Shown in pieces: positions 43,550-54,331 of a stretch of 64,000 bases of DNA. Source of the DNA: Sporopachydermia quercuum. Lineage: Eukaryota. The position numbers were made by a program, and so were the translations under genes. Location: NCBI GenBank assembly GCA_001599295.1, contig BCGN01000010.1:1-64000 (forward strand), read 5' to 3'. A model generated the notes under the pieces. The model was not told the origin of the DNA. It was given only the letters and a program-made list of their open reading frames with translations, and searched no databases. Position 1 is the stretch's first letter. Each line of letters starts with the position of its first letter.

Positions 43550-45241
43550 ATGAGGCTTCTAACACCTCTAATATCATTATTGCCATGTATCTCGGCTTGG
43601 GAAACACTATATGATTTCCACAATTCGGTCACCTACCTACATCTATCTAACAATGATCTCATATCATTCCCTATAAATCCTGACATATCTTCTTCAACGC
43701 AACCGGATCAACTACCTTCACCAAAAGAGAACTCTCATTTGGTACTCAACAATCAGGGAGTTGTATACTCTTTTTATAACTCATCAAAATCTACACTTTA
43801 TGTTGAGAAATTTGATCCTTCTGGTAATCAATGGACAGCAGCACTAGAATCGACATATCCGTTCTATTCCCAATCGGTATACTTTTCTCCANCAAATTCA
43901 CCAATAATCTATATCTATGGTGGCTTGGAATCTACTGATGAGGTATCCAACAGGTTTATTGGGTTCAATACTTCTAGCAATACATTTTTCTCTCCAGGTT
44001 CCAGTTCTCTGCCTACTGCATTCTATGGTGCATCTTCTACACCTGCTTCAGGCAACTCTGTTGTCCTGATTGGTGGGAAATCAAACAACGGATGGGTAGC
44101 TATGAGTCAATTGGCAATACTTGATTATAATTCATGGAGTTTCAAAAGCATATCAGAGACTCCATCAATGGAATCTTTGATTGACTCTCGTACTGGTGCT
44201 TCATCAATACCATTGTTTGATTACTATACTAATACAGGTAAAGGTGCTTCCGGTACTAATTTGGTAGTTGATGTTACCTCAGTTCTAGTATTTGGTGGCA
44301 CAGTTGCAGGGAGAAAAGCGTATCCTGACATTATTCAACTGAATTTTAATAGTGATACTTCCACCTGGTCTTGGGGACTTCCTGATGGGTCGGTAAACGT
44401 TCCAGACCTTTCTAATATTTTTGGGGCATCCTCTATTTACAACACTGTTATCACCATACAGAATAAGGGAACTCTCAGTAGAGTGAGAAAGCTGTTTGCC
44501 AGAAATAATGAACAGAACACTGGGTCATCTGGTGTTGGGTACTCAATTAAAATGTACGATAGTTCTAACTGGAAACCTGTTGAATCAATAGCTGTTCCAG
44601 CTGTAACGGATTCTCAACAAATAGTACCATCAACTACCAAGACTTCAGTTCTCACCACAACATTAGTATCACCGGTGCCTTCAAATACAGACAATAACAA
44701 TGAAAATATATCTAACGAACACTCAGAAAACAAATCCAACAACAAATCTAGCATGGTAGCTGTTGCAACTGCTGTGCCTATTGTCACTTTTTCAATTGTG
44801 CTTATTATAATAGTTAGTTACATAATATGCAAGAAAAGAAAATTTCCAACCGTTTCGCCCTCAGTACAAGATTTTGAAACTTGGGCAAATTCTGTTCCAG
44901 GAAGGTCAAGAAAACTGCTGCTTGACGATGATATAGATTCAATAAGAAATCCAGAAATTGGATTGGATGTTTCGGCTATTCCTTATCCTGAAATGCAGGA
45001 GCAAGGACGCCGTCATGAGCATAGCAACGAAAATTTTTACTCAGAAAAGCTCGTTGAGCTTTCACCTGTGAGACCAACAAATCCTTTCGGTGATGAGAAC
45101 AGAATAAAAAGCGACAANGGCAACAGTGATGATGATAGTAAGAGTCTGATAGAAAATAAGCTTAAAGACAGGGAAGTTCTTATGATAGGCACTAGACCAC
45201 GAATGAAGCTTAGGGTTATAAATCCTGACGAAGACGATTGA
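43550..45241 (+). CDS. Single-pass membrane protein: signal peptide, kelch/galactose-oxidase-like propeller, Ser/Thr stalk, TM, cytoplasmic tail ending KLRVINPD
   Basis: Hydrophobic N-terminus, repeated IYIYGG/VLIGG/VLVFGG kelch-like motifs, TM VAVATAVPIVTFSIVLIIIVSYII followed by KKRK. Confidence 0.8.
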   Translation: MRLLTPLISLLPCISAWETLYDFHNSVTYLHLSNNDLISFPINPDISSSTQPDQLPSPKENSHLVLNNQGVVYSFYNSSKSTLYVEKFDPSGNQWTAALESTYPFYSQSVYFSPXNSPIIYIYGGLESTDEVSNRFIGFNTSSNTFFSPGSSSLPTAFYGASSTPASGNSVVLIGGKSNNGWVAMSQLAILDYNSWSFKSISETPSMESLIDSRTGASSIPLFDYYTNTGKGASGTNLVVDVTSVLVFGGTVAGRKAYPDIIQLNFNSDTSTWSWGLPDGSVNVPDLSNIFGASSIYNTVITIQNKGTLSRVRKLFARNNEQNTGSSGVGYSIKMYDSSNWKPVESIAVPAVTDSQQIVPSTTKTSVLTTTLVSPVPSNTDNNNENISNEHSENKSNNKSSMVAVATAVPIVTFSIVLIIIVSYIICKKRKFPTVSPSVQDFETWANSVPGRSRKLLLDDDIDSIRNPEIGLDVSAIPYPEMQEQGRRHEHSNENFYSEKLVELSPVRPTNPFGDENRIKSDXGNSDDDSKSLIENKLKDREVLMIGTRPRMKLRVINPDEDD

Positions 45242-45510
45242 TGTTGAAAGAGCTGTTCTTTTCTTTTTATTTTTTTTATTTTTTTGTTCTAGAGGTGTAT
45301 CTATTAGTTGACATGTTATATTATTGGTGTTTGAAGAGAAATTGTGTATTTATAAATAAGTTTATAACTAAAAAGAATGGGACTTTTTGTTGTGTACTGT
45401 ACCATATTCTACTAAATGTTCTATCGACTAATATGCCACTACGCGTTATAAATATCTTATACATTTTTATTCACGGCATATCATCATACTTACTTACATA
45501 TATATTTAGT

Positions 45511-46791
45511 CTAAGCAGAAGAAACAATAGAAATAGATGCTTCTCTAGCCTTTTGAATCAATAAAGCATCAGCCAAAACTAAAGCAGCCATAGCTTCAAC
45601 AATTGGCACAGCTCTAGGAACAACATTAGGATCATGTCTACCTCTAGCAGCTAAAACACCGTCTTTACCTCCATAAGAAGCAGTTGATTGTTCTTGAGAA
45701 ATAGTTGCAGGCGGTTTGAATGCAATACTAAAATAAATATGTTCGCCATTGGAAATACCACCTTGAATACCACCCGAGTTATTAGTCTTTGTTCTTAGAC
45801 GGCCGGTTTCTTTATCAAAATAGAAAGGATCATTATGCTTGGAACCAGAAATCTTAATACCTTCAAAACCAGAGCCAATTTCGAAACCTTTAGTAGCTGG
45901 AATCGAAAGCATAGCGTGAGCTAACTTGGCTTCCAATTTATCAAAAACAGGTTCGCCAAGTCCAATTGGAACGTTTCTAATAACGCAGGTAACAACACCA
46001 CCAATAGAGTCCTTGGCTTCTTTATGTTGTTCAATTATTTTCACCATATCAACTTGAACAGCTTCAACAGGACATCTGATTGGACCCGCTGCATCAACAG
46101 TTTCTCTGGTGACTTCATTTAATAGTTTCACGAAATCAGGGTCCAAAGGATCTCTGTTAATGGAAACTGGGCCGACAGCTGAAACAAATGCAACAATCTC
46201 AACACCATTGGCAAGTTTCAAGAATTTTTCGGCAACGGCGCCAGCTGCAACTCTACCAATGGTTTCTCTGGCAGAAGATCTGCCACCACCCGAGCTAGCT
46301 TTTATACCATATTTAGATAGGTATGTATAATCGGCATGAGAAGGTCTTGGGAAAACATCAGTTTCTGAATAATCATGAGGTCTTTGATCTTCGTTCTTAA
46401 CAACCATTCCAATTGGAGTTCCTAAAGTTTTGCCATTTTCAGTACCTGATTGAATTTGCACCTGATCTTTTTCGTTTCTGGGAGTTGAGAGTTTTGATTG
46501 GCCAGGTCTTCTTCTAGTTAATTGAGGTTGCACATCTGCTTCGGTTAACTCCATTCCTGGAGGGACTCCATCGACAATGCAGCCGACTGACTTGCAGTGT
46601 GATTCGCCATAGGTGGTAACCCCTGCACATAAAAGTTAGTAATATGCTCATTTACTAGCACTGACTATAACGTTTCAAGCTAATGACATAGCTGACGATA
46701 AATCAGCAGTTGCAGATGCTCATCGACACACCCACATAATAACCTTGCCGGGCATTAAAAACTTACTGAATATTTGACCAAAGGTAGACAT
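45511..46791 (-). CDS. ARO2: Chorismate synthase; exons 46791-46767 and 46622-45511, intron 46623-46766
   Basis: The spliced N-terminus [18 protein letters not shown] is canonical. GTAAGT donor, TACTAAC branch (46635-46641), CAG acceptor; [15 protein letters not shown] motifs. Confidence 0.97.
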
Positions 46792-47344
46792 ATTGTTACT
46801 TTATAAGGGTTCATATACTCTATATTGAGTATATATTGTATCTGTTGGTACAATTGTATATAGCTATACAGAAGTTTGATACATAATTGTTTCGTAACAC
46901 AGTATACATCAAAGCTAGTTAATTTCATGATGATTATTCCAATGCTTACTAGACGCCTGATTTTTCACTTGCAGGCAGTTAATTTTTTCTTGACTCATAT
47001 TCTATTTTCTATGTACATGTTTTTTATGACAAAGAATATCACGTGGTCGGATAGTAGAAAGAGAATTATATGATACTGCACCCAAAGCCCATAAAAGTTT
47101 TTTGGGGAGATCAAAATCACATGATGGTAAGAGAAGATTGCATCTGTTTTGAGACATGTCAACTAAAACTAAATGCCAATTTCACTTTCAACAGACAGGC
47201 TAGGCTATCAGTGGCATTTGATATTCACAATGTAAAAGGAATTAGTGATCTGTTGATTAGCTATTTTCATCTATTGGTAAAGCCAATGATGACAATGTCC
47301 ATTTTTCAGTTAAAATTTATATGCGATCGTTCTGTAAAAGTAAG

Positions 47345-48124
47345 ATGTCGCTCGTTATATTACCCTTACTTGTAGCATTGGTAGTGCTGTTCATTAGTAT
47401 AGCTCTGACATATATTAGAAAAGGAACACTAGTACCTCTAAAAACAGGGAAAAAGATTACAACACCTACATTTATTATAGCGGGACCCTCAGGATCAGGA
47501 AAAACATCATTTTATTCATATTTGGTCACAGGCAAACAGCAACCGACAGTTACATCCCAACAAGCTAATATCACTGAAAACTTCAGAATCCCACTAGGAC
47601 ATCCTGAAGTTCAATCATATGCAAGACTTATAGATAGTCCAGGCCATGTAAAACTAAGACAGCAAGTCGTTGATACTATTTTACAGAGTTCTAATATCAA
47701 GGGACTGGTTTACATGGTGGATTCAACTGTTGATCCCAAGGGAATCAACGATGCTGCGGCATTTCTTTATGATATCCTTCAAGCCAGTGAAAGAAGGGTA
47801 GGAGGTGTTGATATATTGATTGCATGCAATAAAAGCGAAAATTTCTCTGCCCGACCAGCAGCAAAAATAAAAGAACTGCTAGAAGCAGAGATCCAAGAAA
47901 TACGAGAAACTCGTACCAAAGGGTTAAGCAAAGTTGGCGAGGGAAAAGATATGGTAGATACAACTGATGAAGACGGGGGTGTCTTTGAGTATAACTCTGG
48001 TAGTAGCCATGTTGTATTTAAATTCGATCAATTAGATGGAAATGTTGAGAGCTTTTCGGGAAGCGTTTTGAAGAACAAAACAGAGCATTGGGAAGATTGG
48101 ATTGATCATAGGAGTGTTAATTAG
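47345..48124 (+). CDS. SRP102: Signal recognition particle receptor beta subunit (small GTPase with N-terminal TM)
   Basis: N-terminal TM, GPSGSGKT, TVTSQ, DSPGHVKLR, ILIACNKSE. Likely ATG at 47345. Confidence 0.9.
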   Translation: MSLVILPLLVALVVLFISIALTYIRKGTLVPLKTGKKITTPTFIIAGPSGSGKTSFYSYLVTGKQQPTVTSQQANITENFRIPLGHPEVQSYARLIDSPGHVKLRQQVVDTILQSSNIKGLVYMVDSTVDPKGINDAAAFLYDILQASERRVGGVDILIACNKSENFSARPAAKIKELLEAEIQEIRETRTKGLSKVGEGKDMVDTTDEDGGVFEYNSGSSHVVFKFDQLDGNVESFSGSVLKNKTEHWEDWIDHRSVN

Positions 48125-48195
48125 AAAATCCCTATAACCCCCTTCTGAATAAAACTAATATAGTATGAGTAGTACACATGCATGCAAATGTAAAA

Positions 48196-48935
48196 TTATG
48201 GATCCTCTTTTGCAGAACTATCAGCAGAAGCAGGTTTAGCAGATAAATCAGTCTTCGGGACTGACGGAAAGAAACCTGGTTGTTTCAATTGTTCAGCTTG
48301 CTTTTTGGCTCTGATCTTATCATAGTACATTCTTAACCGCATTACATAGATATCTTTGTTTAAAATATATCTTCTTGGTGATTTGTTGATAATTTCTGTT
48401 AATCTATCAACTTCTTGCTGTAAGATTTGTATTACAGCTTCAGGATTCTTTGCTGCTTTCGTACTCACTGACTCATCGTTTGGTTTATCCTTTGATTCAT
48501 TTTTTGCGTTATCAGCTTCTTCTATATTTGCTTTGGAGTCTTGTTTCTTAGAGCCTAATAAGAATGACCATTTATTTTGCCGTCTACTTTCCTCTAATGC
48601 TTTTCTTTTGCTTTCAATATCTTTTTCCAGCTTCTCTTTAGTTTTCTTTGCTTCCTTCACCTCATTTTCTGTGATTCCTTGAGCAAAGGACATATCTTTC
48701 AAGTGTGATTCACACACATAGAAAAAATCAGCCTGAGAAACACATTTTTGTTAGCTTGAACGTTGGAGTTTTTATCTTTTCTTCTTACAATCTACAAGAC
48801 AATATTAATACTCACCTGTCCATCTTCTGATACCATAACACAAGATGAAGGTTTATAACAAACAAGACATGCTCTTGCTGCTCCATCTGCAACTCGACGA
48901 AGATGGTACTCGTCTTTGAAAGGTTTATCTCCCAT
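48196..48935 (-). CDS. VFA1: Vps4-associated protein 1 (DUF1742 family); exons 48935-48816 and 48732-48196, intron 48733-48815
   Basis: Spliced PFKDEYHLRRVA...ACLVCYKPSSCVM...|ADFFYVCESHLKD; C-terminal FFPSVP. GTGAGT donor, AGCTAAC branch, CAG acceptor. Confidence 0.85.
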
Positions 48936-49559
48936 GGTTCATCAATATGTAACTACTCTTAGCTTGCTTCTGGAAACGTAAAAACCTGCTACTCCAATCA
49001 ACCTCTACAACAATACCAAGCCTTCAATTACGAGATCATATCAGTATCTCTATTGTTAGCACTTCCCATTTCCACTTCCCATCTCCTTCCAACTGACAAC
49101 AATCTTGATTTTAACATTTCCGTAATTATTCAAACCGTCAATGATATCTTTATATATATTCCGATTGCCATTACCTCTGACATCTATGCATTCTGAAATT
49201 AACTGAGCAAACTAATATCTAATTATAAAAAGCTCGTCCTCAAAACTTTGTTTTTCGGCTTTAATAATTCCAGGTCCGTAATCTTGAATAATATCTTTTT
49301 GCGGGACCCTTGAAGCCCCTTGAATCCGGACAATTCGACCATTTGTTTGTTGTCCATCATTGATATTATTTCTGACCTCAGCCACAGAGGCAAATTGCCT
49401 TGTGGAACATCTTTTAAAATAAAACGTAATAGTTCACGGATTTTCCATTCTTCACTCCAGTAGTCGTAATATCGACAACTTTAAGCCAAGTGTGAGTTCT
49501 TAATACTCTAAGTATTTACCTCCCTTCTTGATTCGATTTCTCTGATTCACCTGTCCAAT

Positions 49560-49825
49560 ATAAAACCTACCCTTGTCCTCGATACAGATGATTCTACTGA
49601 TTTCTTTGGGAGTTCTTTTCACCTTCTAAACTCTAATTAATGTTTCTTCTATAATACTTTTCCCTAATGAACTAAAAGGATTAAAAGAGTATTTAATCCC
49701 AAGCTCCCTGGTTACCTTTATGAGACAGATCCAAGTTCAACCCCCTGAATTGGGGATTTTCATCATTCGTGGATTTTCAGATATCGTGCACTCTCCTACA
49801 AATGATCCCAATTTGTTACCCATGT
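49560..49825 (-). mobile_element. Possible degenerate LTR-retrotransposon integrase-core relic
   Basis: Minus frame NPRMMKIPNSGG*TWICLIKVTRELGIKYSFNPFSSLGKSIIEET resembles the rve segment P..I.SD.G.EF......ELGI......PY....NG..ER, with stops. Confidence 0.3.
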
Positions 49826-51172
49826 GTAAACTTACCACAGGTTTAATGCGTTTTTAGATTATTCTTTTAAGACATTTTTAGAAACTCAACTCAAAACAAT
49901 AGTTTCTCCGAGAAGATTTTCCCTGGCAGTTATGGAAATGAACCTAGGTATTGTTAGATTATTAATGAAGACTCAGGTTTTCTTCATAACTTAACATGCG
50001 ACTTGTTATACTGTCCGTTCAATCGATAATTTTTATCCCCGAAAACTTTATTTCTTAAATAATTCTCTTTATCTATACCATCACTATTCTATCAGGAGAA
50101 CAGCGTCAGCCAAGATAGAGGAATCTCTGGCAGAGTCAAAAATCATGAAAATGAAAGGAAGAAACCCTTCAGGCGGTTAATTGAAGAAATTTTATTATTG
50201 TTGCTAATTAGGAGGTGTTCCAGAGTTTCTCTTCCTCATACGATCAGCTATAGGCAGTACAATTTTTTATATACGATAGGTTTATGTACGATAGGTGCTC
50301 ACAGTAGCACTCGCAATGAATGTACTTGTTGAATCTGTTGTAAGAAATTAATAGATTCCAACATAAATTTGAAGTTGTTTGTGTTTGAGTAAATAAATAA
50401 ATAACCAGACGTTAGTTCATCATATTCGTTTTCCTCCGATCGATTCTCTACTACTTGTTGATGTCAAGTAATAGAGTATCTTGTACAAGAAATTCAGATG
50501 CTGAATAGATTTCTGGAGTGTAGTTGAGTACCTACATTAGGATCTGGTAAGATCTGCGCACTGATTAATTAGATAACAGGACGTTGTTCGAGGGTTTCGG
50601 AGTTTCTAATACTCCGGTTAATATTCACAGGGTGTCAATGTACTGACTGCAGTGATTCTAGGAATACTTCCTTATTCGAGCAAATTTATTAATATAAGGA
50701 TTAAACAAAGCTGGAGAATAGCTTTATTAAAAGTAAAATAATTTGGCACCTGTTGCAATTCAAATGAATGGTGAAAAATTATAACTTGAAAGTAGCTTCA
50801 TTTAGTTGCATTCTTTTATAGAGAACTGAGAAGGCGTGAAGAGCAAGAGAGAAAGAAAAAGATTGTAAAGCAAACGTATAATTCTAGAAAGATTGAAGAA
50901 GATAGATATTTATTTTGGTATTTCGGATTGATAAGACAATAGACGGCTAGCTGGTTGTTTTGATTCACTATTTTTTTAATCGATGGTTGCCTTTATTTGA
51001 GAAACAGTGCTAACTGAGAATATTGTATCAAACATATAGAGATAATTCAAAATCCTTTAAAGCAATTACGGCTAGATTCACTGCACGTACTTTGACATCA
51101 TTATTGACTACTGTTGCTGTTTATCACCATAGAATCACGATTAGGATTGTCAGCAAACTTCTACTTTTAATC

Positions 51173-53500
51173 ATGTCATGTCCAGTTAAGAGTGAAAGAT
51201 CAGGAGCAACTTCAGCTACTACTGCTCCAAAATCAAGATCAACATCTTGTGAATTATGCAAAAAACGAAAACAAAAGTGTGATCACAGATTGCCATCATG
51301 TACCAACTGTCTGAAAGCTGGCGTGCCATGTATTCAACCTGCCAAATATCGTGCTAAAGTACCTACAAAAGACGAATACACCAAACTATTAGAGAAACGA
51401 ATCGCTTTCCTGGAGAAATCTTTGACAGAAATCTCCAAGTCAAATCCTGCTTTAGCAAAGAACTCCTTGTTTTCCAATGATCGGCTAAAACTTCCATTGC
51501 CAAGTGTCCATGAATTTGAAGCTAATGGTGTCGACAATAGGAACGTGGCAACCGCAGATGGTACCACAGGATCAAATAAAGGTGATGCTGCTACATGCCC
51601 ATATTCTGGTAAAAAGACCTCTACTTCCATCGGAGGTTCATGTCCTGCAACAGGCCACGAATCTGGGTCAAAATCTTCCTACAAAACACGACTATGTTGT
51701 GTTCCAAGCGCTAACCTTGATGGTGCCTTCGAGCTATCAAAAGGGATGCTGAAAGATTGCAAATTGAATAACTTCTTGAGCTTCCCACCTGTTTATGATG
51801 TATCAATAGAAGATTCCAGCAGCTACTTGTCCAAAGTGTTCGATACTATTCAAATACGTTATCCTATTCTTGATCCTAATGAAATATATGAGTTCCACGA
51901 AGCTTATAGAAATAATAATCTAAAAGGATTCCTTAATGACGTGGATTACTTTCACTATGCTTGCTTCAGAATGTGGATGATTTATGCCATTGGTCGTAAT
52001 ATTATGAATAGCAATGGTCAAGATACTAAAGCTCCCTCTTCTGAACAATACTTTGCGACTGCTTTGCGATATTCCCGTCGTTGTGAAAAAATTTCTGTCT
52101 ATACTAAAATTGAAGCATTGTTGTTATGTGTATTATACCTTATTAGAGCTAACTATGATTCTGATTTCTTATATGACGTTATCTCACAAGCTTCTGCTTT
52201 GGCTAAACAATCTAATCTTTTCAGCAAAGAGTCCTATGAAAGCGTGCAACCAGAAATCAAATTAAGAAACATTCGTTTAGTATGGGGAATCTATCTGCTG
52301 GAAAGAATGATCACTATAGCAGTAGGTAAGCCATATACTGTCTCAGAACGAGAAATTCCTGAGGATTTTCCTTTGTTCCCACCTAGTATTTCATTGAGTA
52401 ATGAACTTGACATCAGCAAGAGAACACCATTTATTGATATGAAGTTTGCCAATCAATCTATCAAACTAAAACGAATCGAATCTCAAATGATAGAAGCATT
52501 ATACAGTGGTCCTATTACCCTTACTCAAATGCCTATTGTTCAAACATATTTGGCAAAACTTTCAACATGGAAGGAAGAATCATTTTCCATGTACAGGGAA
52601 GATAGCTCGAAGATAGATAGTCTCAGCATTTACTACTATCGTAGTGTCAGACTTGTCATTCAACCTTACCTTGACTTACTAGATCCTTCTGATAAATTAT
52701 TTAGAGAGTGTCAAACAGCTGCCGGTAAGCTTTGTCAATTGTACAAAACCAAGCTTCAAAATACCACCGCAGGCACTACTACTATCTCTATTCACACAGT
52801 TTTTCTTTCAGGATTAACCCTTATCTATTGTTTCTTCTTAGCAAGAAACAAAGCTGAAGAGCAAAGGGATAAGCAGAAATTCCAGTCTAAAATCCCCAAT
52901 ATGCCCCGCAAATCTGTTATTCCTTATTGCATGTCAATGCTAACCATACTAGATGAACTGCGTGCCTGCTCTATATGTCTCTATGTAATGGCAGACAGAA
53001 CACCTTACGCAGCTACATATAGAGATACATTTGACCGTTTATACTCTGCAACATTGAGCAACGTGCATGAAACAGGTGTATTTAATTTTGTTAAATCCAA
53101 TGGGTTTGTTCGTGATAATGTTGTTATGCGGTGTAAACAAGATATTGTTAACGAACAGGAGTCAATACAAACTCAAGTGTTTTGCGCCCTCGCCCAGGAA
53201 TCTGTTCCATGTGGAGATCATCCGGTTTCTCCTATATCTGATCAAGAATTAGAATTCGAAGCCCAAATTGCTGGTTGTAAAAGGAAACGTATGGATACTG
53301 AAAATGCACCATCGTTGAGTTTCACTAGTGGTACTGGAAGTACAAGCTCTGTTGCTAGTAGTATGAACAATATGATATCATCTATATCTTCTTGGACAGC
53401 TTCTGGTCCATCAGATGATAAAGGGAAACAAACTGGGAATATGGATGGTTGCGAATTGGCATCCATCAACGAGTCCTATTTGCAAAAAGTGAATTTGTGA
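51173..53500 (+). CDS. Zn(II)2Cys6 transcription factor with fungal TF middle homology region (Ppr1/UaY-like) and Cys-Pro motifs
   Basis: SCELCKKRKQKCDHRLPSCTNCLKAGVPC, RLVWGIYLLERMITIAVGKP, ECQTAAGKLCQLY, IHTVFLSGLTLIYC. First ATG at 51173. Confidence 0.9.
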   Translation: MSCPVKSERSGATSATTAPKSRSTSCELCKKRKQKCDHRLPSCTNCLKAGVPCIQPAKYRAKVPTKDEYTKLLEKRIAFLEKSLTEISKSNPALAKNSLFSNDRLKLPLPSVHEFEANGVDNRNVATADGTTGSNKGDAATCPYSGKKTSTSIGGSCPATGHESGSKSSYKTRLCCVPSANLDGAFELSKGMLKDCKLNNFLSFPPVYDVSIEDSSSYLSKVFDTIQIRYPILDPNEIYEFHEAYRNNNLKGFLNDVDYFHYACFRMWMIYAIGRNIMNSNGQDTKAPSSEQYFATALRYSRRCEKISVYTKIEALLLCVLYLIRANYDSDFLYDVISQASALAKQSNLFSKESYESVQPEIKLRNIRLVWGIYLLERMITIAVGKPYTVSEREIPEDFPLFPPSISLSNELDISKRTPFIDMKFANQSIKLKRIESQMIEALYSGPITLTQMPIVQTYLAKLSTWKEESFSMYREDSSKIDSLSIYYYRSVRLVIQPYLDLLDPSDKLFRECQTAAGKLCQLYKTKLQNTTAGTTTISIHTVFLSGLTLIYCFFLARNKAEEQRDKQKFQSKIPNMPRKSVIPYCMSMLTILDELRACSICLYVMADRTPYAATYRDTFDRLYSATLSNVHETGVFNFVKSNGFVRDNVVMRCKQDIVNEQESIQTQVFCALAQESVPCGDHPVSPISDQELEFEAQIAGCKRKRMDTENAPSLSFTSGTGSTSSVASSMNNMISSISSWTASGPSDDKGKQTGNMDGCELASINESYLQKVNL

Positions 53501-54331
53501 ACATGATATAGGTTTGGGCATTGAAGTTATTAGTAGATAAAATTACTGTGAAAGGGAAACAGAACAAAAATATCAGAGTTGAGATATTGGTTACAGCTGT
53601 TTCAAGAGTAGGTCTCATTTAGAGGACTTGAAATGAGACGTGATGTATATTGGCTAGATTTGTATTATTGGAAATATGGTTTATGATTTGATATTAAGCC
53701 TGGTTTATGTTGTTGGGTTATGAATTTGCTTAGAGGGAAAGATTAATTATTTGTCATTCTGTATATTATTTTACTTTTCGTTGTTGGAAATGTTTAGTTT
53801 ATTTTTAATTTGATTATATATATATATATGTATTGCAGTGTGAAAAGTAAAGTAACTGCAAGTGCGATGCTTTTCTTCCAATAGTACTCTACATCTGCAT
53901 TGCAGGTTCCATTGTACCAATTAACTATTATAGAAGGTTAGATATATCTATAACTTTCTCAATCGGTTTTATGAAAATTTAGTTCAAAATCTGCATCCAC
54001 TTTATATCTCATAGCACTGTTGCCAACCTCGTCCCAAACTGTTATAACAACTATCTCCGAAATTTATATTACGGAAATAATCTGAAGAAAACCTCTAACA
54101 ATTATCTCCGAAGTTCCTTTTTCATCACTGAATCTTTCTTGATTTCTAAGACTTTTCCGCATTTGCGTTTTGTAACACTCATTTAAGTTATGTTGCAAAC
54201 ACAGTTCGCATATTTGTGCAATTATTCTATCAAAGAAAGCAAAACATTTAGTAGCAGCTCATTTGCATCAGCAGGTTTAGTCCTTTCCTTTCCCCACTCC
54301 ATTGTCTACATTGGTCCAATTGGGATATAGT

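Noticed and set aside
45238..45564. 108-aa + strand ORF between the kelch gene and ARO2
   Set aside because: AT-rich convergent terminator region translating to F/L/I/Y-rich noise.
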